64,000 bases of DNA from Granulicella sp. (GTDB lineage: Bacteria; Acidobacteriota; Terriglobia; Terriglobales; Acidobacteriaceae): NCBI GenBank assembly GCA_027339965.1, contig DAHWNL010000078.1, positions 32,001 through 96,000 of the forward strand. Reading direction: 5' to 3'. How positions within the stretch are numbered: position 1 is the first letter of the stretch; the number at the start of each line of letters is the position of its first letter. The notes under the pieces were generated by a model, which saw only the letters and a program-made list of their open reading frames with translations, was not told the origin of the DNA and made no database searches. This document shows positions 61,236 to 64,000 of this stretch, in pieces. Both the position numbers and the translations under genes were made by a program.

Positions 61236-62460
61236 GTTTCCTCTCTTCTTCGGAATCGGTCTTCCGAGAGCTTGGCGGATAATCCGGCAATGTGATCTCA
61301 GGATGGGAGTCCAACTGTCCGATTAACGGCCGGATGTACTCGAAATATGGCTCCCCAAGTGGAACGTCGCCATCTCGAATCCACTCCTCAGGGATTGGAC
61401 GCTCGATGCCCGCAACCTCGATCAGCGGAACGAGATCGTATCTTCCGGTCTCGGTGCTCTGCAGCGGCCGCAGCGATACCATCCGCTCGGAGACTCCGGC
61501 AAGCACAGCCTGCACTCCCGCTCGGCCTACCAGCTCCGCATCCGCACGATCCTGGCTCGCAACATGTTGCATCGACGATCGCCCCAGCAGGCCGGGCTTT
61601 TCGCTTCGGCAGCGCAACTTGAGATGCTGGGCCACCCGATCGGCCAGGTACTGCGCAACTCCCCCCGTAATGGATCGCTTCAGTGCGTCAGCCTGAGCCG
61701 GATCCTCTACCTCATAGACCATGCGCCCCCGCGCGTCGCGAAGACCTTCCGCAGCTACGACCACACACCACCCGCTCCGCGTCACGCAGCCGTCCACCCG
61801 CGCCAAAAATTGATCCAGCACCAAAGGCCTTTCCGGCAGAAGAACGATATGCGGGGCTTCGTCCTCATCTTGCTTGGTTGCTGCAGCCGCAGCCGCCAGC
61901 CATCCTACGCTGCGTCCCATCGTCTCAAGGATTGAGACGGGCTGCGGCATGGAGCGAACGTCCGCCGCAAGGTCGCAGGTCGCCTGGGCGATGTACCGGG
62001 CGGCGCTTGCATAACCCGGGGAGCGGTTCGTCCTCTCCAGATCATTGTCCACCGTCTTCGGCACGCCAACAATCCGAATCACTCGGCCTGCCTTCCGGGC
62101 GCAATCGGCGAGCAGACCTGCGGCATGCATGGTTCCATTCCCTCCAATTACCAGAACGTCACTCACCCGCAGGCGTTCCAGGTGCCGTACGATCGCTGTA
62201 AGATCCTCTGCCTTCAACGGATAGCGAGATGCACCCAAGGTTGCTCCGGGCGAGCCTCGCAGGACGCGAAGATCTTGTAGGGAAAGACCGGTCAAGTCAG
62301 CCACTTGCCCCTGAGCTAGTCCTCTCATAGCCGAGCGGGCACCCAGGATTCGCCGGAAGGCCCCTGATCCGCGCGCTTCTTCCACAATGGATGCCAGTGT
62401 GGCATTCAGTACCGGCGTGGGTCCACCGGCCTGCACCACCAAGATGTTGCGCTCCGCCAT
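61219..62460 (-). CDS. PfkA-superfamily kinase (candidate sulfo-ketose 1-kinase)
   Basis: QAGGPTPVLN, LGASR, IGGNGT, PKTVDNDL, ETMGR..GWLA, AEG. Confidence 0.88.
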   Translation of the reverse strand: MAERNILVVQAGGPTPVLNATLASIVEEARGSGAFRRILGARSAMRGLAQGQVADLTGLSLQDLRVLRGSPGATLGASRYPLKAEDLTAIVRHLERLRVSDVLVIGGNGTMHAAGLLADCARKAGRVIRIVGVPKTVDNDLERTNRSPGYASAARYIAQATCDLAADVRSMPQPVSILETMGRSVGWLAAAAAATKQDEDEAPHIVLLPERPLVLDQFLARVDGCVTRSGWCVVVAAEGLRDARGRMVYEVEDPAQADALKRSITGGVAQYLADRVAQHLKLRCRSEKPGLLGRSSMQHVASQDRADAELVGRAGVQAVLAGVSERMVSLRPLQSTETGRYDLVPLIEVAGIERPIPEEWIRDGDVPLGEPYFEYIRPLIGQLDSHPEITLPDYPPSSRKTDSEEERKHVIQS

Positions 62461-62542
62461 GTGGGCTTTGCCTCCGCTGCGCTAAAGGCCCCTGATGTTA
62501 TCTTTAAAGAGCCGAAGAAAGTTGAAGTAGCACGTTTCGGCA

Positions 62543-62572
62543 AGACTATGATCGATTGTTATCGATTGTCAA
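62543..62572 (-). promoter_or_regulatory. sigma70 promoter TTGACA-N18-TAGTCT with tandem ACAATCGAT operator
   Basis: Minus strand reads TTGACAATCGATAACAATCGATCATAGTCT, about 80 bp upstream of the kinase ATG. Confidence 0.75.
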
Positions 62573-62982
62573 GCCAACAGCGCGCCGTGGCGAGATCGTC
62601 GAACTCACCACAGATGCTCAAGTAGCCGCATCTTACGGTCATTCTTCCCTGCCTCGCCTGACTCCTGCAGAACAGAGCAACCTCTACCAACTGGACGGAC
62701 CCGGAGTTCACTCCTCGCTCGCCTGAAACGACCTGCTGCTGACAGGGGATTACCCCGGCCACGCACTGCGGCCTTCGCAGGAGCAGAACCTGGCGACACC
62801 TCAAATACGACACCACGGCCCATAGATCGGCTCCTCCAGCGGGCTCCGTTCTCAGCCTACGGCCCGGCAGAAGCGGAACCTCCACTGTGGCGCAGGAACA
62901 TACAGGGACGTGAGCGCCACAAAGCCATTTCACACCCCCACCCTTGCGCCAGCCAAGGCAATACGACTTCGCGGCCTCTTGC

Positions 62983-64000
62983 TTACGGAGGACCGGCGAC
63001 CAGTCTACCGCCGACTCCACAACCACAGGATTGCCGAATCACCAGACGGGCCTGTAAAACGATCCTCCGGGAAGGCAAGGCGTGATCGCCCTTGAGTCGC
63101 TCAAAGAGCAGCCGCGCACTCTCCCTGCCCAGAGAGTCAGAAGGCTGCTGCACAACCGACAGTCCCGGCGTCAGCATCTCGCCCAGATCGAAATCGTCAA
63201 AGGAAATCAACGCGATGTCACGGCCAGCGGAGATCCCCAGATCGCGAAGGCCTCGCAGAACATGCTGCGTAGTGACCCAATTCAAGGAAAAGATGGCCTC
63301 CGCTGTTTCTCCTCGGAACATCTCCTCTTCCAGCCATTTTGCGGTCAACAAACTTTCATGCTTGACGAAGCACTCTCTCGCCTCTAAGCCCGATTGAGCC
63401 ATGCTCCTGCGATATCCCGCTACGCGTTCTTTCGAAGTGTAAAGATAGGGCCGCGTACCGACCGCGACAATCCTTCGATACCCGTGGGCAATCATATGCT
63501 TCGTCGCCTCAGAGGCGCTTTGGCGGTTGGTGATGATGACGGAGTCAAAGTCAGTGCCGCGGACAAGTTGGTCGAACGTCACGGTGGGGATATTCGCCGG
63601 CAACAGATGACTTGACAGTCTTGGACCGCTGCTCGCCGGGGCAATGATCAAGCCGTCAATTCTGCGCCGTACGAGACTTTCAATCTCAGCGCTCTCTACC
63701 TCCGGCTGGCCTTCTGAGCTTGTGATGATGAGGACATAGCCGTTCGCGCGCGCGACCTGCTGAACGGCTTTGATCACCTCGATCACAAATGGATTTGCAA
63801 GGTTGGCGACAATAATACCGATTGTGCCTGATTTACGCGTCATCAGGCTCCGAGCCAGCTCATTCGGGCGGTAGCCTAGCCGCGCCATAACGGCCTGGAC
63901 TTTGCTTACCTTTTCCTGGCGGACGTTCGATGCCCCATTCAGAACGCGCGAAGCGGTTTTGAGAGAGACGCGCGCCTCACGAGCAACATCTGCCAGGGTG
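62983..64000 (-). CDS. LacI-family transcriptional regulator (5' end beyond the window)
   Basis: TLADVAREARVSLKTASRVLN HTH at the window edge, LGYRPN..ARSL, ISFDD, LVIRQSCG. Confidence 0.93.
   Translation of the reverse strand, partial: TLADVAREARVSLKTASRVLNGASNVRQEKVSKVQAVMARLGYRPNELARSLMTRKSGTIGIIVANLANPFVIEVIKAVQQVARANGYVLIITSSEGQPEVESAEIESLVRRRIDGLIIAPASSGPRLSSHLLPANIPTVTFDQLVRGTDFDSVIITNRQSASEATKHMIAHGYRRIVAVGTRPYLYTSKERVAGYRRSMAQSGLEARECFVKHESLLTAKWLEEEMFRGETAEAIFSLNWVTTQHVLRGLRDLGISAGRDIALISFDDFDLGEMLTPGLSVVQQPSDSLGRESARLLFERLKGDHALPSRRIVLQARLVIRQSCGCGVGGRLVAGPP

Noticed and set aside
62983..64000. LacI as the definite regulator of the sulfo cluster
   Set aside because: It is separated from the kinase gene by ~520 bp and an independent promoter, and the shared motif is partly a tandem repeat. 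It may belong to the next locus; unresolved.

Overview
This is a GC-rich bacterial chromosome window whose gene content and style suggest Acidobacteriota (inference). Positions 1-47 kb are mostly core genes: tig-clpP-clpX-lon, asd-lysC-dapB, nrdR, ccmA-ybaK-ccmB-ccmC-ccmD and hrcA-grpE-dnaJ. This part also holds four copies of a ~115-bp MITE-like repeat, a decayed AAA-ATPase/DUF4276 module, three enzyme paralogues lacking catalytic residues, and many apparently leaderless genes. After tRNA-Leu(CAA) at 47.3 kb and an IS1595 scar lies the most interesting feature, a ~14-kb cluster that looks like a complete sulfosugar mineralisation pathway. The upper part is a Tat-exported glycosidase-like protein, an MFS importer, a fucose/arabinose-isomerase-fold isomerase, a PfkA-family kinase and a LacD-type aldolase. 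The lower part is an aldehyde dehydrogenase, an SlcC/ComC-like sulfolactate racemase pair and SuyAB sulfo-lyase. A GntR gene sits inside the cluster, and a CAATCGAT motif recurs upstream of three of its transcription units. All family calls come from motif recognition by eye; no searches were run.
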